Shown here one piece after another: positions 44,034 to 56,660 of a stretch of 64,000 bases of DNA; positions within the stretch are counted from its first letter, which is position 1; the number at the start of each line of letters is the position of its first letter. The notes below the pieces were generated by a model that saw nothing but the letters and a program-made list of their open reading frames with translations, was not told the origin of the DNA and did no database searches. Position numbers and translations under genes: made by a program. The stretch is from Candidatus Marinacidobacterales bacterium (GTDB taxonomy: Bacteria; Acidobacteriota; Vicinamibacteria; Marinacidobacterales; SMYC01), in contig CBDCYI010000009.1 in assembly GCA_965224085.1 (NCBI GenBank), positions 480,001 through 544,000 of the forward strand, in the 5' to 3' direction.

Positions 44034-45092
44034 ATGCTCAAGCTGCTCATTGAATTGTTACGGCGTTTCAGGATGGAAAGACGCGGCGGAATCCTTAAGG
44101 TGATCTTCTTGTTTTTCGCCCTGATCGCCCTGGGTGCTATCGGTTATAAACTTTTTGAGGGTGCTGTCGAACCCGAGCTTTCTTGGGGCGATGCCATTTG
44201 GTGGTCGATCGTTACGATGACTACTGTGGGATACGGAGACTATTTCCCGACGACCGCCTACGGTCGCTACTTGGTAGCCATTCCAGTGATGTTTGTCGGT
44301 ATTGGCATCCTTGGCTACCTGCTGTCGGTGATGGCAACTGCATTGATCGAATCGCGGTCAAAGGAGTTGAAAGGCATGACGAATCTCCGCGTTGAATCAC
44401 ATGTACTCGTAGTGAATTTTCAGAGCCCAGGCCGGAATCTAGAAATTGTCAAGGAGTTGCGGGAGGACTCCAAGACCAAGGACCTTGTAATAGTGTTGGT
44501 CGATGACCGCCTCGACGAACTGCCGCACGAATTGGGGAAATGGGGTGTCCGTTTTGTGAAGGGCAACCCATCGAGGGAAAGTGTTCTGCGCCGCGCATGC
44601 GTCGACAAGGCACATTATGCCATCGTTCTTGCCTCCGAGTTGGACCAAGTGCGCGCCGATGACCATACTCTTGCCGCAGTGCTTACCATCGAATCGATCA
44701 ATCCCAACATCTTCACGGTCGCCGAATGCCTCGATCCTGAGCGTGTGGCCCTGATGCGCCGGTCGGGATGCGACAGCGTGGTCTGCATGGCCGACCTTGC
44801 ATCGTCCTTTTTGGTTCAGGAGGTTTGCGATCCTGGAACGCAGGCAGTTGTCAACGAACTGATGTCAAACAGATTTGGTCAACAAGTCTACGTCATACGG
44901 ATTGAACAAATGCAAAACTGGAATTTTTCCGAACTGCAGGCACATCTTTCACAAAAAGAGTGCCTTGTATTGGGGGTACAACGCGGCGGCGAAGCACTGC
45001 TCAACCCAGGTAATGCTTACAAGATCGAAGCGCACGATCACGTCATTTGCATGGGGCCACACAGACCCGCTCCGGTTCGGATCTCAACCTAG
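44034..45092 (+). CDS. Potassium channel with RCK (TrkA-N/C) domains
   Basis: TMTTVGYGD selectivity filter, RCK tail. Confidence 0.92.
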   Translation: MLKLLIELLRRFRMERRGGILKVIFLFFALIALGAIGYKLFEGAVEPELSWGDAIWWSIVTMTTVGYGDYFPTTAYGRYLVAIPVMFVGIGILGYLLSVMATALIESRSKELKGMTNLRVESHVLVVNFQSPGRNLEIVKELREDSKTKDLVIVLVDDRLDELPHELGKWGVRFVKGNPSRESVLRRACVDKAHYAIVLASELDQVRADDHTLAAVLTIESINPNIFTVAECLDPERVALMRRSGCDSVVCMADLASSFLVQEVCDPGTQAVVNELMSNRFGQQVYVIRIEQMQNWNFSELQAHLSQKECLVLGVQRGGEALLNPGNAYKIEAHDHVICMGPHRPAPVRIST

Positions 45093-45149
45093 AGCAAGCG
45101 CCTCTAGCGAGGCTTTGTCAATATGTCTCTCAATCTCAATCCAAGTCGC

Positions 45150-45950
<801 letters not shown>

Positions 45951-45951
45951 T

Positions 45952-46181
45952 GGAATGTGTGCCACTCTTAGTTGAAAATTGAAACGGCTCCCTCTCAGGT
46001 GGTTTGATGACGTTGTGAAAAGCGAAATCAAGCCGCTCAAGAAAGGAGCCGATATGGGAAGTCTGCTACGAAGGGTCAAGGAACGCAAGAAGACGCGTCG
46101 TCTAGGTGAAGTAGAGGTCATGGAGCAAGAGGGATACGGGGAGCTCGAGGTGGACTCGAAGGTCGAGATGATCCGCGCACT
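45952..46181 (+). pseudogene. IS256-like left end and N-terminal fragment
   Basis: MGSLLRRV...VDSKVEMIRAL, truncated by an rve element end. Confidence 0.5.
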
Positions 46182-46309
46182 GGTCGTCTGGTCAATAAAC
46201 TCAAACGCGCTCCCGTAGGCCAGTTTGAGAGGGCTTGGCCTCGGCCTGTTAGACCGGTTGAATCACAGGTCGTGGTCAGGTACTTACTCTGGTTCTCCGG
46301 GGAGACACA

Positions 46310-47377
46310 ATGGACTGGAAGACCATGCTGGCGTACATCACGGGATCGGTCGACCGAGAACTGCTCCTGCGCAACGAGTACCTCGTTACCGAGAATCGTA
46401 TTCTTCGAGATCAGCTGCAAGGCCGTTTGCGCCTGACCGATGGTGAGCGGAGAACCTTGGCGGAGATCGGAAAACAGCTCGGCAAGCGCGCGCTCGAAGA
46501 GGTGGCGAGTATCGTCAGGCCCGATACGATTCTCGGGTGGCACCGCAAGCTCATCGCCAGGAAGTTCGACGGTTCCAAGAACCGGACGTATCCGGGGCGA
46601 CCACGAATCGACGAAAAGATCGAACAGCTGATTATCCGCTTCGCGAGAGAGAACCGATCGTGGGGCTATGATCGCATTGCCGGGGCCATGGCGAACCTCG
46701 GGTATCGAGCGAGCGACCAAACCGTCGGCAACATACTGAAGCGCCACAGTATACCGCCCGCGCCGGAGCGAGAAAAGACAACGACGTGGAACGAGTTCAT
46801 CCGCTCGCACATGGACGTCCTTGCGGCAACGGATTTCTTCACCGCGGAGGTGTGGACGAAGTCCGGGCTGGTCACCTACTACGTTTTATTCTTCATACAC
46901 CTGGCTACGCGACGCGTTCATATTGCCGGTATCACACCCTATCCAGACGAAAGGTGGATGACCCAAGTGGCCCGGAATGTGACCATGGCGGATGTCGGCT
47001 TTCTTTGCTCGACCCGCTACTTGATCCACGATCGCGACTCGAAATTCTGCGCGTCGTTTCAGCGGACACTCGAAGAGGTGGGTATCAAGACCGTCAAACT
47101 GCCTGCGAGAAGCCCGAATTTGAACTCCTTCGCGGAGCGCTGGGTGAAGTCTGTGAAGGAAGAATGTCTATCGAAGCTGATCTTGTTCGGCGAGCCAGCA
47201 TTCAGACGGTGTCTGGCTTCCTATCTCGCTCATTATCATGGAGAGAGGAACCATCAAGGCAAGGAAAACGTCATTCTCTTTCCGTCTGTAGAAAGCAGCG
47301 GCCCCCGCGAAGGGCCAATCCTTTGTCGGGAAAGGCTCGGTGGGCTGCTGAGATACTACCACCGAGAGGCGGCATGA
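46310..47377 (+). CDS. rve/IS481-like transposase (left end ~46182)
   Basis: WGYDRI, TDFF, HDRD, NSFAER, RERLGGLLRYYHREAA. Confidence 0.88.
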   Translation: MDWKTMLAYITGSVDRELLLRNEYLVTENRILRDQLQGRLRLTDGERRTLAEIGKQLGKRALEEVASIVRPDTILGWHRKLIARKFDGSKNRTYPGRPRIDEKIEQLIIRFARENRSWGYDRIAGAMANLGYRASDQTVGNILKRHSIPPAPEREKTTTWNEFIRSHMDVLAATDFFTAEVWTKSGLVTYYVLFFIHLATRRVHIAGITPYPDERWMTQVARNVTMADVGFLCSTRYLIHDRDSKFCASFQRTLEEVGIKTVKLPARSPNLNSFAERWVKSVKEECLSKLILFGEPAFRRCLASYLAHYHGERNHQGKENVILFPSVESSGPREGPILCRERLGGLLRYYHREAA

Positions 47378-47615
47378 AAACTGGAGCCATGGCCGGCGAG
47401 AAGGAAATTCAGACCACCGGGTTCTTTGTCTTCGGCGCCCTCACTTTGATCGTGGCACTCCTTAAGCTGGCCGTTTTCAGCGACTGGTCGTGGTGGCGAG
47501 TATCACTACCCATCTTGATCTTTGTCGGCTTCAATATCGCTTACATAGTCACGGGCTTTGGCTATCTGTCCTTTGCTGAGGCCAGGGAAAGACCCTCCCG
47601 GGACGAAGTCAACCC
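47374..47615 (+). pseudogene. Small membrane protein, truncated
   Basis: ATGA overlap with transposase; LLKL...WSWWRVSLP two-TM. Confidence 0.5.
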
Positions 47616-47640
47616 TGTGCCTTCTATTTATTCATCCGGG
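47616..47640 (+). repeat. Third orphan end family (also 53920, 60247, 61171)
   Basis: TGTGCCTTCTATTTAYTCATCCG. Confidence 0.75.
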
Positions 47641-48670
47641 CGCCCCAAACTTGATTAGTCTCCGGTCTGCCGGCACCATGCCTGTTTGATTTCGTCGTTT
47701 GTTCGCGCTCTCATCTCCGCCTTCAAGGCTCGTCGCGAGCTGGCTCTCGACAATGTCGCTCTTCGGCAGCAGCTCGCCGTCCTCCGCCGTTCGGTGAAAC
47801 GGTCGCGGCTCTCGAACGTCGACCGCGGGTTTTGGGTAACTGTAGAGCCTAAGGGCCCTTGGCCCAGTCGCAGCTTAGTGTCTATGGTGCGCTCCCGTGA
47901 ACGGCTTGGCGGGTTGCTACGTTTCTACCATCGGGAAGCCGCATGAGTATTTTGACCTCACGACTTCCGGGTGCGCAGTTTACTGCCCGTAGCTCGCCCC
48001 GCAGCCGATTTGAGCCAGCCGTGCGCACCCCCGGTGGGCCTGTCGCTCGCCACCCGCAGCCCAGGGGTCGGAAGACAGCCCGGCAGCACGAAATACCCTC
48101 GATTCTGCGCGGATTCCAAGGGCGTCTAAGCCGCTGATGTGTGGTCTATTTCAAAAGGGCTGAGTTTTGGCACAGGACGGGGTGCATTGGTACAACACGC
48201 AACGACTCTTGGAGCCGATCGGAAATGTCGCCCCCGTCGAGTACGAGATGAACTACTATCGGTCGCAGGAAGGCTCGCTGGAGATGGCGAGACTCAACTA
48301 ACCCTAATCGCAAATAAACGTCACCGTGTCTGAGGTTTTTGGCCCCGTGAATAGCACCTTTTCCAGGTTCTGCATACACCGTGCAGAATCACCTATAGTG
48401 GCGGCGAGCGGGTGCCCCAGCACGAGCTTCTCGCCTGCGCCCAGTGCGGCTGTTTCGCGTTTTCGTGCTTCGAATATTTTGCGATTAGGGCTAACAGTCT
48501 CCGGAAAACCCGGAGCGGTTCAAAACGTCCCGGCGAGCCGGTCTTGAGTTCGTTTGTATTTTTGGACACGACGGGGTTACGCGGCCGCCGCCAACACTTG
48601 ATTGCAGAAGCACCTCAACTATAATAGTTTCTGACTTAGAAGTCGTGTTTTATGCTGGGGAGGAAGACTA

Positions 48671-49363
48671 ATGGTTGGACGCCGAGCGCAAACGGACGAC
48701 CTCCGCGAGCTACCTGCCTACACGATCTCGGAGGCGGCGCACTATCTCACCGTGCCGGCGGCGACCGTCCGATATTGGTCGGTGGGCCAAGGCGACTACG
48801 AGCCACTCATTGTGGTGCCCAAGCGTTCCCCGACGCTGCTTTCATTCCTCAACCTCACAGAGCTTCATGTTCTCGCCGCCATCAGGCGCAAGCATGTCGT
48901 AGCGATGCCAAAAGTCCGAAAGGGCATCGATTACTTGGTGGAGAATATTCTAGATGTACCTGATCGGCGGCATCCGTTGATTAGTTGCCAGCTGGAAACA
49001 AATGGCTTGGATCTGTTCGTCGAGCGATATGGGCAACTGATCAATATCAGTCAAGGGGGTCAGATGGCCATGCGAGAAGTCATCAGTGCTGCCCTGCATC
49101 GGATCGCGCGTGACCCCAAAGGCGTCCCCATCAAGCTCTATCCGTTTACCCGAACAGCCATGGAAGACGCGCCAGCGATGGTCGTCATCGACCCAGGGCT
49201 ATCCGCTGGTCGACCCGTCATCGCCGGAACTGGAATCGCTACCCAGGTTATTGCCGAGCGCTGTAAAGCAGGTGAGTCGGTCAGCCAGTTAGCGGAAGAC
49301 TATGAGCGTGCAGAAGCGGAAATCGAAGAAGCGCTCCGATGTGAACTCAGACTGGCAGCGTGA
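48671..49363 (+). CDS. DUF433 antitoxin (VapB45-like)
   Basis: PAYTISEAAHYL, LSFLNL.E, IDP..SAGRPVIAGTGI. Confidence 0.85.
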   Translation: MVGRRAQTDDLRELPAYTISEAAHYLTVPAATVRYWSVGQGDYEPLIVVPKRSPTLLSFLNLTELHVLAAIRRKHVVAMPKVRKGIDYLVENILDVPDRRHPLISCQLETNGLDLFVERYGQLINISQGGQMAMREVISAALHRIARDPKGVPIKLYPFTRTAMEDAPAMVVIDPGLSAGRPVIAGTGIATQVIAERCKAGESVSQLAEDYERAEAEIEEALRCELRLAA

Positions 49364-49766
49364 AGAGCCCATCCTCTTCTTGGATCGCAATCTTGGAAAG
49401 CACGTTATCGCAGACAGGCTTCGTTCTGCGGGGATGAAGGTTGAGATACACGACAATCACCTTCCGCTGGACGCGCCGGACGAAGATTGGATCGCGCTTG
49501 TTGGACGGAGAGGTTGGGTCGCGCTTACGAAAGACAAGAACATCCGCTATCGAACTGCTGAACTCGCATCCATCATAAGGAATGCTGCGCGTGTCATCGT
49601 GATTCGGGCGAAAAATGCGACAGGGTCGGATATCGCCGAGCTCTTGGTGAAAGGAAGACGCCGGATTGCCCGCTTCGTAGCAAAGACGCCTGCTCCATTC
49701 GTGGCAGCAATTGACCGTAGCAGCAAGGTGCGGGATTATAGGAACGTTTTCCTGCCGCCATCGTAA
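49341..49766 (+). CDS. VapC45-like PIN toxin
   Basis: FLDRNLG...PDEDWI...LTKDKNIRY. Confidence 0.85.
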   Translation: MNSDWQREEPILFLDRNLGKHVIADRLRSAGMKVEIHDNHLPLDAPDEDWIALVGRRGWVALTKDKNIRYRTAELASIIRNAARVIVIRAKNATGSDIAELLVKGRRRIARFVAKTPAPFVAAIDRSSKVRDYRNVFLPPS

Positions 49767-50067
49767 AAAAGAGCTACAGATGGATAATCCGTTGCAAAGT
49801 CTACGGTTTGACACCGGCGTCCGCCGCCAACGATGCGGATGATGGAACCACGATGTTGGCGAGCTCGTATGGTGCAAATAGTACGTCGAGCTCGAAGTCG
49901 GCCTGTGGAGGGTCGATGACCGGATCTGTACGAATCGAGGCTCGCTGGTCGGGAACATAATACATTGCCCCCTGCCTTGATTCGGTTTCAAACGGCCGGA
50001 GGTGGCGGCGAAACAACCTCGGAACTTGCTGGCCTGCAGCGCGTTCGAGTATTTTGCCCACACGGAC

Positions 50068-50256
50068 AGAACGTTCGCGGAGCACGGTGCGGCATGTGCT
50101 TTCAATGAGCGTCTTGGCGAGGTCGAAGGCAAGGCCGGAATTTCCGACGATGGCCTGTTCGATGCCCTCCACTTGTTCCTCGATATGCGCGAGGCCGCTG
50201 GCCATGGCGTCGCGTGCACCATGCATGGCGAATGGGGCGATTACGGCATCGGCCAT
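50068..50256 (-). pseudogene. Abortive-infection family protein 5' fragment
   Basis: LAFDLAKTLIESTCRTVL, cut by an element end at ~50065. Confidence 0.6.
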
Positions 50257-50497
50257 CAGCTCGCTCCCGAAAAAAACACGCCGGCGTCCTTCACTCGAAG
50301 TTCGCCGGAGATGAGCTTGGGTAGCAGCGCGTCGCGCAAGGCGGCGAGGGTACGGGATTCTCGCTCATTATTGACAATACGGTTGTAAATTGATCGTATA
50401 AATTGGTCATGGGTTTCTCTGATTGATTCATGTGGCACAATCACAGGCAACGGTCGAAAATTGGCCTTGCTGATTTCCTGAAACGTCGAGCCGTTCG
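50256..50497 (-). pseudogene. hsdS: Type I RM specificity subunit C-terminal fragment
   Basis: GSTFQEISK...[19 protein letters not shown]. Confidence 0.85.
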
Positions 50498-50511
50498 TCC
50501 GGACTGCCGGG

Positions 50512-50603
50512 TGTGCTCCGCAAAAAGTCTATCCGGCGTTGATTGCGCGTTTTAGACCTACTATGGTCGGCCGCTTTTAGCCGATCTTTTTTTGCGGATC
50601 ACA
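50512..50603. mobile_element. MITE, copy 2
   Basis: TGTGCTCCGCAA...TTGCGGATCACA. Confidence 0.75.
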
Positions 50604-50775
50604 ACAGGTCAGAAGACAGCCCTGCGGCACGAAATACCCTCGATTCTGCGCGGATTCCAAGGGCGTCTAAGCTGTTGATTTGTGGTCTATTTCAAAAGGG
50701 CCGAGTTTTGGCACAGGACGGGTTCGAGATTTCGGCTCCGTTCGCGTTTTCGGACACGGACGGGCGTCGCGCTTA

Positions 50776-51139
50776 TTATGACCAGGTGCCGATCGCCCGC
50801 TCCACGTCGCGCCCCGACGGACTCTGGAACACTCGCAGGTCGAACTCCGGCACCACCGCCAGCAGGTGGTCGAAGATGTCCGCCTGGATCGCCTCGTAGC
50901 GGCTCCAGACCTGATCGCGGCTGAAGACGTAGACCTCGATCGGGAGCCCGTGCTCGGTTGGCGCCAGCTGCCGGACTAGGAACGTCATGTCCTGGTGCAC
51001 CATCGGGTGGTGGCGGAGGTACGCCACGACATAGGCGCAAAACGTCCCGACGTTCGTCAAATGGCGGCCGTCGGCCAAGCTCGCCGGTTCGACCCCCCGC
51101 GCCGCGTTCCAGTTTGCAATCTCCTCTCGCTTGTCCTTC
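50776..51139 (-). pseudogene. MscS (YbdG-like) channel C-terminal fragment
   Basis: [39 protein letters not shown]. Confidence 0.85.
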
Positions 51140-52246
51140 AAGCTCGTTGCCGAGACCTTGGTGGTTCCGTTCTGTGTGATAGTGCACTACGTATTCGGCT
51201 ATCGCTGTCCGCAGGTGTCGCTCACTGAGAGGTACGAAGCGGTCGAGACACTCTCGACGTATGGAGAGAACGAATCTTTCCGCATATGCGTTCAGATTCG
51301 GACTATTAGCGGGAAGGCGAAGGGGCTTCACGCCTGAATCTCTCAACAGCCCACGTACAGCCTCGGTGAATAGTGGGTCTCGGTCGTGGATGAGGTATCG
51401 CTTGCCAAGGAGGAAACCATCCCACATGTCCGTGAGGTTTCTTGCCACCTGCTTCATCCACTCCCCGTTTGGGTCCGACGTTATCCCACCGATGCACACG
51501 CAGCGAGTGGCGATATCGATGACAAACAGGACATGGTAGCGGACGAGCCCGAACGGGTTCACAACCTCGACGGTGAACAGGTCTGTCGCAGCGATGGCGC
51601 CCCAATGAGCCTTGATGAAGGTGCTCCACGACATGCTCTTGCCCCGCTCCGGCGCAGGCGCGATACCGTGCTCGGCGAGGACCCTCTTGATGGTGTTGCG
51701 TCCGAGTTCATGTCCGAGGTTCTTGAGTGCGCCTCGCAGGCGCGTATATCCCCACGTCGGGTTCTCCCGCGCCACGCGCACAATGAGCTCACGGATGTCC
51801 TTCGCCGTCGGAGGTCGGGCCTGGGCTCCGGTTCTTGCTGCCATCGTACTTGACTGCGATGAGGCAGCGGTACCAACGCAGAAGCGTAGCGGGTGTGGCA
51901 ACGGACGCAATCTGGGCCAGCGCCTCGCGGCCCAAAGCCTGGGCCTTGACCGCGAGCCTGCGCCGATCGTCGTCCGAGAGACTGAGACGCTTGCCCCGAA
52001 GCCCGGCTCGGAGCACACGGTTCTCCTCTTGCAGGTAGTCGATCACATCCTGCTGCTGGCGGTTAACCCAGCCAGCTAGAACGAGCAGTAGGAATTGCAC
52101 GTGGTACGTCATCATGGAGCTGAAGATAACACCCTCGGGCCAGACGATTGTAAAGCCTACGGCCCTTGGTCCGGTCGCAAACACAGACACTAAGCTGCTG
52201 ATTTATGGCCTATTTCAAAAGGGCCGAGTTTTGGCACAGGACGGGG
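51140..52246 (-). mobile_element. rve element, frameshifted and 3'-truncated; source of the 56-bp end
   Basis: [28 protein letters not shown]...WGYTRL..HDRD..NAYAER directly inside the 52191-52246 end. Confidence 0.85.
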
Positions 52247-53819
52247 TGAGCAGAAGCGTTTTTTCCACTGGTTTCTGGAGTTCCCGGAGATCATGGAACG
52301 GGGCGGATTCGACTGCATCCTGGGGAACCCGCCGTACCTAGGCGGGCAGGCGCTAAGTGGTACTTTTGGTCATGCCTTCTGTGAGTGCATGAAGTGGTGC
52401 TACGCGCCCACAGGCCTGAGCGAACTGGTAGTCTATTTCCTTCGCCGCATTTACGGATTGCTCCGGGACGGCGGCTTCACCGCGATCATCACCACCAACT
52501 CCATCGTCGACGGCGATGTGCGCAAGGACGGTCTGGATCGGGTGGTCGCAGCCGGCGCCCAGATCAATATGGCGGTTCGCGGCATGAAGTGGCCGGGCAC
52601 GGCGAACCTCGTTGTGTCGCTTCTCGCCCTGCACAAAGGGGAGTGGAATGGCCTGAGAGTACTCGACAACCAACCTGCCACCATCATCAACACATTCTTC
52701 GAGGAAAGCGACGAACTGGGGACGCCCTTAGAGTGCCGAAAGGGTAACGAGGTGATGTTTATGGGAACCATCTACCTCGGAGACGGGTTCGTCCTAGATG
52801 AAAATCAATCCGCTGAACTCTACACCCGTGGTGTATCCAATGGCGCTATTCGTTCCCTACTGAATGGAAAAGAGGTGAACTCGTCGCCTCGTCAGATGCC
52901 CGAGCGAAAGATCATTTTTCTTGAACAGTATGAAACATTGCATGAGGCTGAATCACATGAACCGGTAGCTGTTGACCACCTACGTACGCACGCCCTGCCC
53001 GATAGACTCGCCCAGAAGAACGAGAGAGCTAAGGCACGATGGTGGCGTTACTATCGATTCAATGAAGTGTGCTATCAGAATCTTCGCTCGCTCAAGGCGT
53101 GCTTCGTCGCTGCTAGGACTACAAAGTACCTGAGCTTTTCGGCAATGCCGACGGACTATATCTTTAGTGACGCCCTCTACGTCCTTACCACTGACCGCTG
53201 GGACCTCTTCACCGTGGTCCAGTCCACCCTTCACGAGGTCTGGGCCCGCAAATACAGTGGCTCACTGAAACAAGATCTCCGCTACTCTCCATCGAAGTGC
53301 TTCGACACCTTCGCCTTCCCCGCCGGGCTCTGGCAGACCGCCGACATCGGCCTCGTGAAACTCGGCGAGCGTTACCACGCGCACCGCAAGGCGCTGATGC
53401 AGTCCCTCTGGCTCGGCCTGACCAAGGTTTACAACCTCTTCCACTCCCGCGATCTGTCGCACGAGATGGTCACCCGGGTCTCGAAGCGGGACGCCGAGAC
53501 CGCCGCCGCAGGGTACGAGGCCCTGCTCGAACTGCGCCGGCTGCACGTCGCGCTTGACATCGCGGTTCGCGATGCCTACGGCTGGCAGGATCTCGACCTA
53601 CAGCACAACTTTCACGAGGTCGAGACCCTCCCTGAGAACGACCGCGTCCGCTACGCTATCAGCCCCGCCGCCCGCCGCGAGGTGCTCAAGCGCCTGCTCG
53701 CCGAAAACCACGCCCGCTCCAAATCCGAGGCCAAGAACCCCATGCCTAGGCCCACACGCAGTGGCCGCAAGCGCACCGCTGCCGCTGACGGCCCCGATCT
53801 CTTCGGTGGAGCGTCGTGA
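52247..53819 (+). pseudogene. Type IIG (Eco57I/MmeI-like) N6-methyltransferase, C-terminal half
   Basis: [41 protein letters not shown]; motif I missing. Confidence 0.82.
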
Positions 53820-53971
53820 CATGCCGTTGTGTCCAAAAACACAAACGAACTCAAGACCGGCGCACCCGGATGTTTCGGACTAGACGTGTCTACGCTGAGT
53901 TCGGGGATGTCCCGGCCGCTGTGCCTTCTATTTATTCATCCGGCGGCTGCTTGCTTCATTTACTGTTGCCC

Positions 53972-54066
53972 TGTGCTCCGCAATAAATCGATCCGGCGTT
54001 GATTGCACGTTCTAGACCTACTATGTTTGGCTGCTTCTGGCCAATCTTCTTTTTTTGCGGAGCACA
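53972..54066. mobile_element. MITE, copy 3
   Basis: Perfect 12-bp TIR TGTGCTCCGCAA; GCCC on both flanks. Confidence 0.8.
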
Positions 54067-54088
54067 GCCCCGTTAGAGAATAGAGTCC

Positions 54089-55569
54089 ATGCCGACGGCA
54101 AGAACCAGCGAGAGCCACCCACTGCGCATCACGGCGATGACCCTGGGCGACGGCCGGGGCCGGATCGGCTTCTCGCAGTGCCCCGGTAGGATCGATCGCT
54201 ACGCAATATCCGGGCCCTGGAAGCGGGATCTCGACACCGACCTCGACGCGATTCAGCGCTGGGGAGCGACTGCGGTGGTCAGCCTGATCACCCACGAAGA
54301 AATCGCCTATCTAAAGGTGCACGATCTCCCGAGGGCGGTTCGAGACCGGCACATGGAGTGGTGGCATGCCCCGATTCCCGACGGAGAGGCACCGGAACAG
54401 GACTTCGAGCACGCCTGGAAGGCCACCGGCGAGTCCATCAGGAACCGGCTGCGGCTCGGCTTCGACGTGCTGCTCCACTGCCGGGGTGGTCTGGGACGCG
54501 CCGGGACCATCACAGCCCGCCTGCTGGTGGAGTTGGGCGTGCAACCGGACGATGCGATCCGCCGCGTGCGCGACGCCCGCGAATGGACCATCGAGAACGA
54601 CTCCCAGCTGGCTCACGTGAGGCAGTGTTCGGCACAAGCACCATCGGTTCCATCCCGGACCGCGGACGACATCCACGACCGGGCGCTCGGGGCCTTCTCG
54701 GTCTGGCGGTGGGCGACGCGGTCGGCACGACGCTCGAATTCTGCTCCCGCGATACGCAGCCGCGTCTAGAAGACATGGTCGGTGGCGGCCCGTTCGACCT
54801 GCCGGCCGGCGCTTGGACCGACGACACGGCCATGGCGCTGGCCCTTGCCGACAGCCTGGCGGAATCCAAGACGCTCGACTGCCGGGACCTGATGGACCGT
54901 TTCGTGAAGTGGTGGCGAGACGGAGACTACTCGTGGAGCGGAGACTGCTTCGACATCGGAAACACGACCTGCCAAGCGCTCACCCGGTACCTACGGACGG
55001 GTGACCCGGTCGCGGGTTCGACCGATCCCTTGAGCGCAGGCAACGGCTCGCTGATGCGGCTCGTCCCCGTTGCGCTCCGGTTCAGGCACGACCGGCCGCG
55101 CCTGATCGCAGCAGCCGCCGACCAGTCCCGGACGACCCACGGAGCCAAGGAAGCAGTGGACGCCTGCCGGGCGTTCGGCGAGCTCCTAGCGGACGCCATC
55201 GCCGGGTCACCATTCTCGGACGTTCTGGCTCCGAGACGGTTCACGGGAGCGGCGGCAATCACTCAGGTCATAGCCGGCAGCTGGCGAGGACGGACACGGG
55301 ATACGATCCGCTCCAGCGGGTACGTCGTTCACACGCTCGAAGCCGCCATCTGGTCAGTCGCCCGCACCGGAGACTTCCGCGGCGCGGTGCTGCTCGCGGC
55401 CAACCTGGCCGACGACGCCGATACGGTAGCAGTAGTGACGGGGCAGCTCGCCGGCGCCCTCTACGGCCTGAACGCCATCCCCGACCACTGGCGGGAACGC
55501 GTTGCCTGGAAGGATCAACTCCTGGCAGCGGCGCGGCGGTTGCTGTCGGAACCCTTTGCCGACCGGTAG
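54089..55569 (+). CDS. Dual-specificity phosphatase-ADP-ribosylglycohydrolase fusion, 1-nt frameshift near 54695
   Basis: HCRGGLGR; GLAVGDAVG, WTDDT, FDIG, AGNGSLMR, DDADT. Confidence 0.85.
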
Positions 55570-55679
55570 AAGTTGGGTGGGTAGCCGAAGCACGGCTCTT
55601 GACCCGGTCGCAAACACAGACACTAAGCTGCTGATATTATGGTCTGTTTCAAAAGGCCGAGTTTTGGCACAGGACGGGG

Positions 55680-55960
55680 TGCCACCTTCTTTCTGTTTGG
55701 TATCGAACTCAAGCAGTAATGTCCGCGTTAGCTTACCGGCCGCAGCATTGATCGCTTTTTCATATATGTCGGTCGAAAAATCCAGAGATTCAGCCGGTTG
55801 CTCCAAAACGATTTTCCAGAGACGCTCGAGCCAGCCCTCCAGATCCGCAACGCGTTGCCGTGGTGCGGATCGGATCAGGTCAGCCAGACCGGAAGCCATT
55901 GGCTTCAAGACATCGGGATCAAAACCAGCTAAATGATCCAACGCGCGGATTGCGAGATCG
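55680..55960 (-). pseudogene. Internal fragment of a large helical protein, possibly Dsr1/SIR2-type defence
   Basis: WLERLW...DIYEKAINAAAGKLTRTLL. Confidence 0.35.
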
Positions 55961-56222
55961 TCGCAGATCGGCTTACTTCGAAAGGATGATCGGCTCCATT
56001 CGACGTGAGTGTCTCGACCACGTGATCGTCCTTGATGAGCGGCACCTGAAGCGAATCCTACGCAAATACGTCGACTACTATCATTCGTGCCGGACTCATT
56101 TGTCGCTTGAGAAGGACGCGCCTGAGCCTCGCCGGGTAGAGTCACCGGCGATGGGCAAAGTGAGAGCCATTCCAAAGGTCGGTGGTCTCCATCATTATTA
56201 CACTCGACACGCCGCTGCTTGA
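55960..56222 (+). pseudogene. rve transposase C-terminal fragment
   Basis: [15 protein letters not shown]...VGGLHHYY. Confidence 0.8.
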
Positions 56223-56660
56223 GCCGATCCGCTCGGGACGGCTACGGGACTTCGCGCCAGCTTACACCTATACCCCTGAGTAGAGCCGACGCCGATCCTC
56301 GAAACGTCCTACATGAAGACGACCCAAGCATCCTGGTTGCAGGCAGCTCGCTAATCTCACGCAGCTCGAGTTTATGGAAGGGACAGGCCCTTGGCCCAGT
56401 CGCTAAGCTGCTGATTTATGGTCTATTTCGAAAGGGCCGAGTTTTGGCACAGGACGGGGATGCGAATCCTGGCTTTACGTCACGCCAAGGAAAGGCGACC
56501 CGGAAGGGCTTCGCTGCCGCTGCATGGCGCTCAATCTAAACCTGAGACCGAAGTAACATACCGGACGACTTCCGCGCCACGGTAGGCGGCGTATCAAGGG
56601 TGCGCGGCGGGAGTCTGCCGGGATGCAGCAGGCCCGCAGGTTCTGCCAGAAAGGGAGTGA

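Noticed and set aside
50687-52018. 443-aa ORF as a single gene
   Set aside because: Frameshifted rve transposase reading out of frame through the mscS fragment
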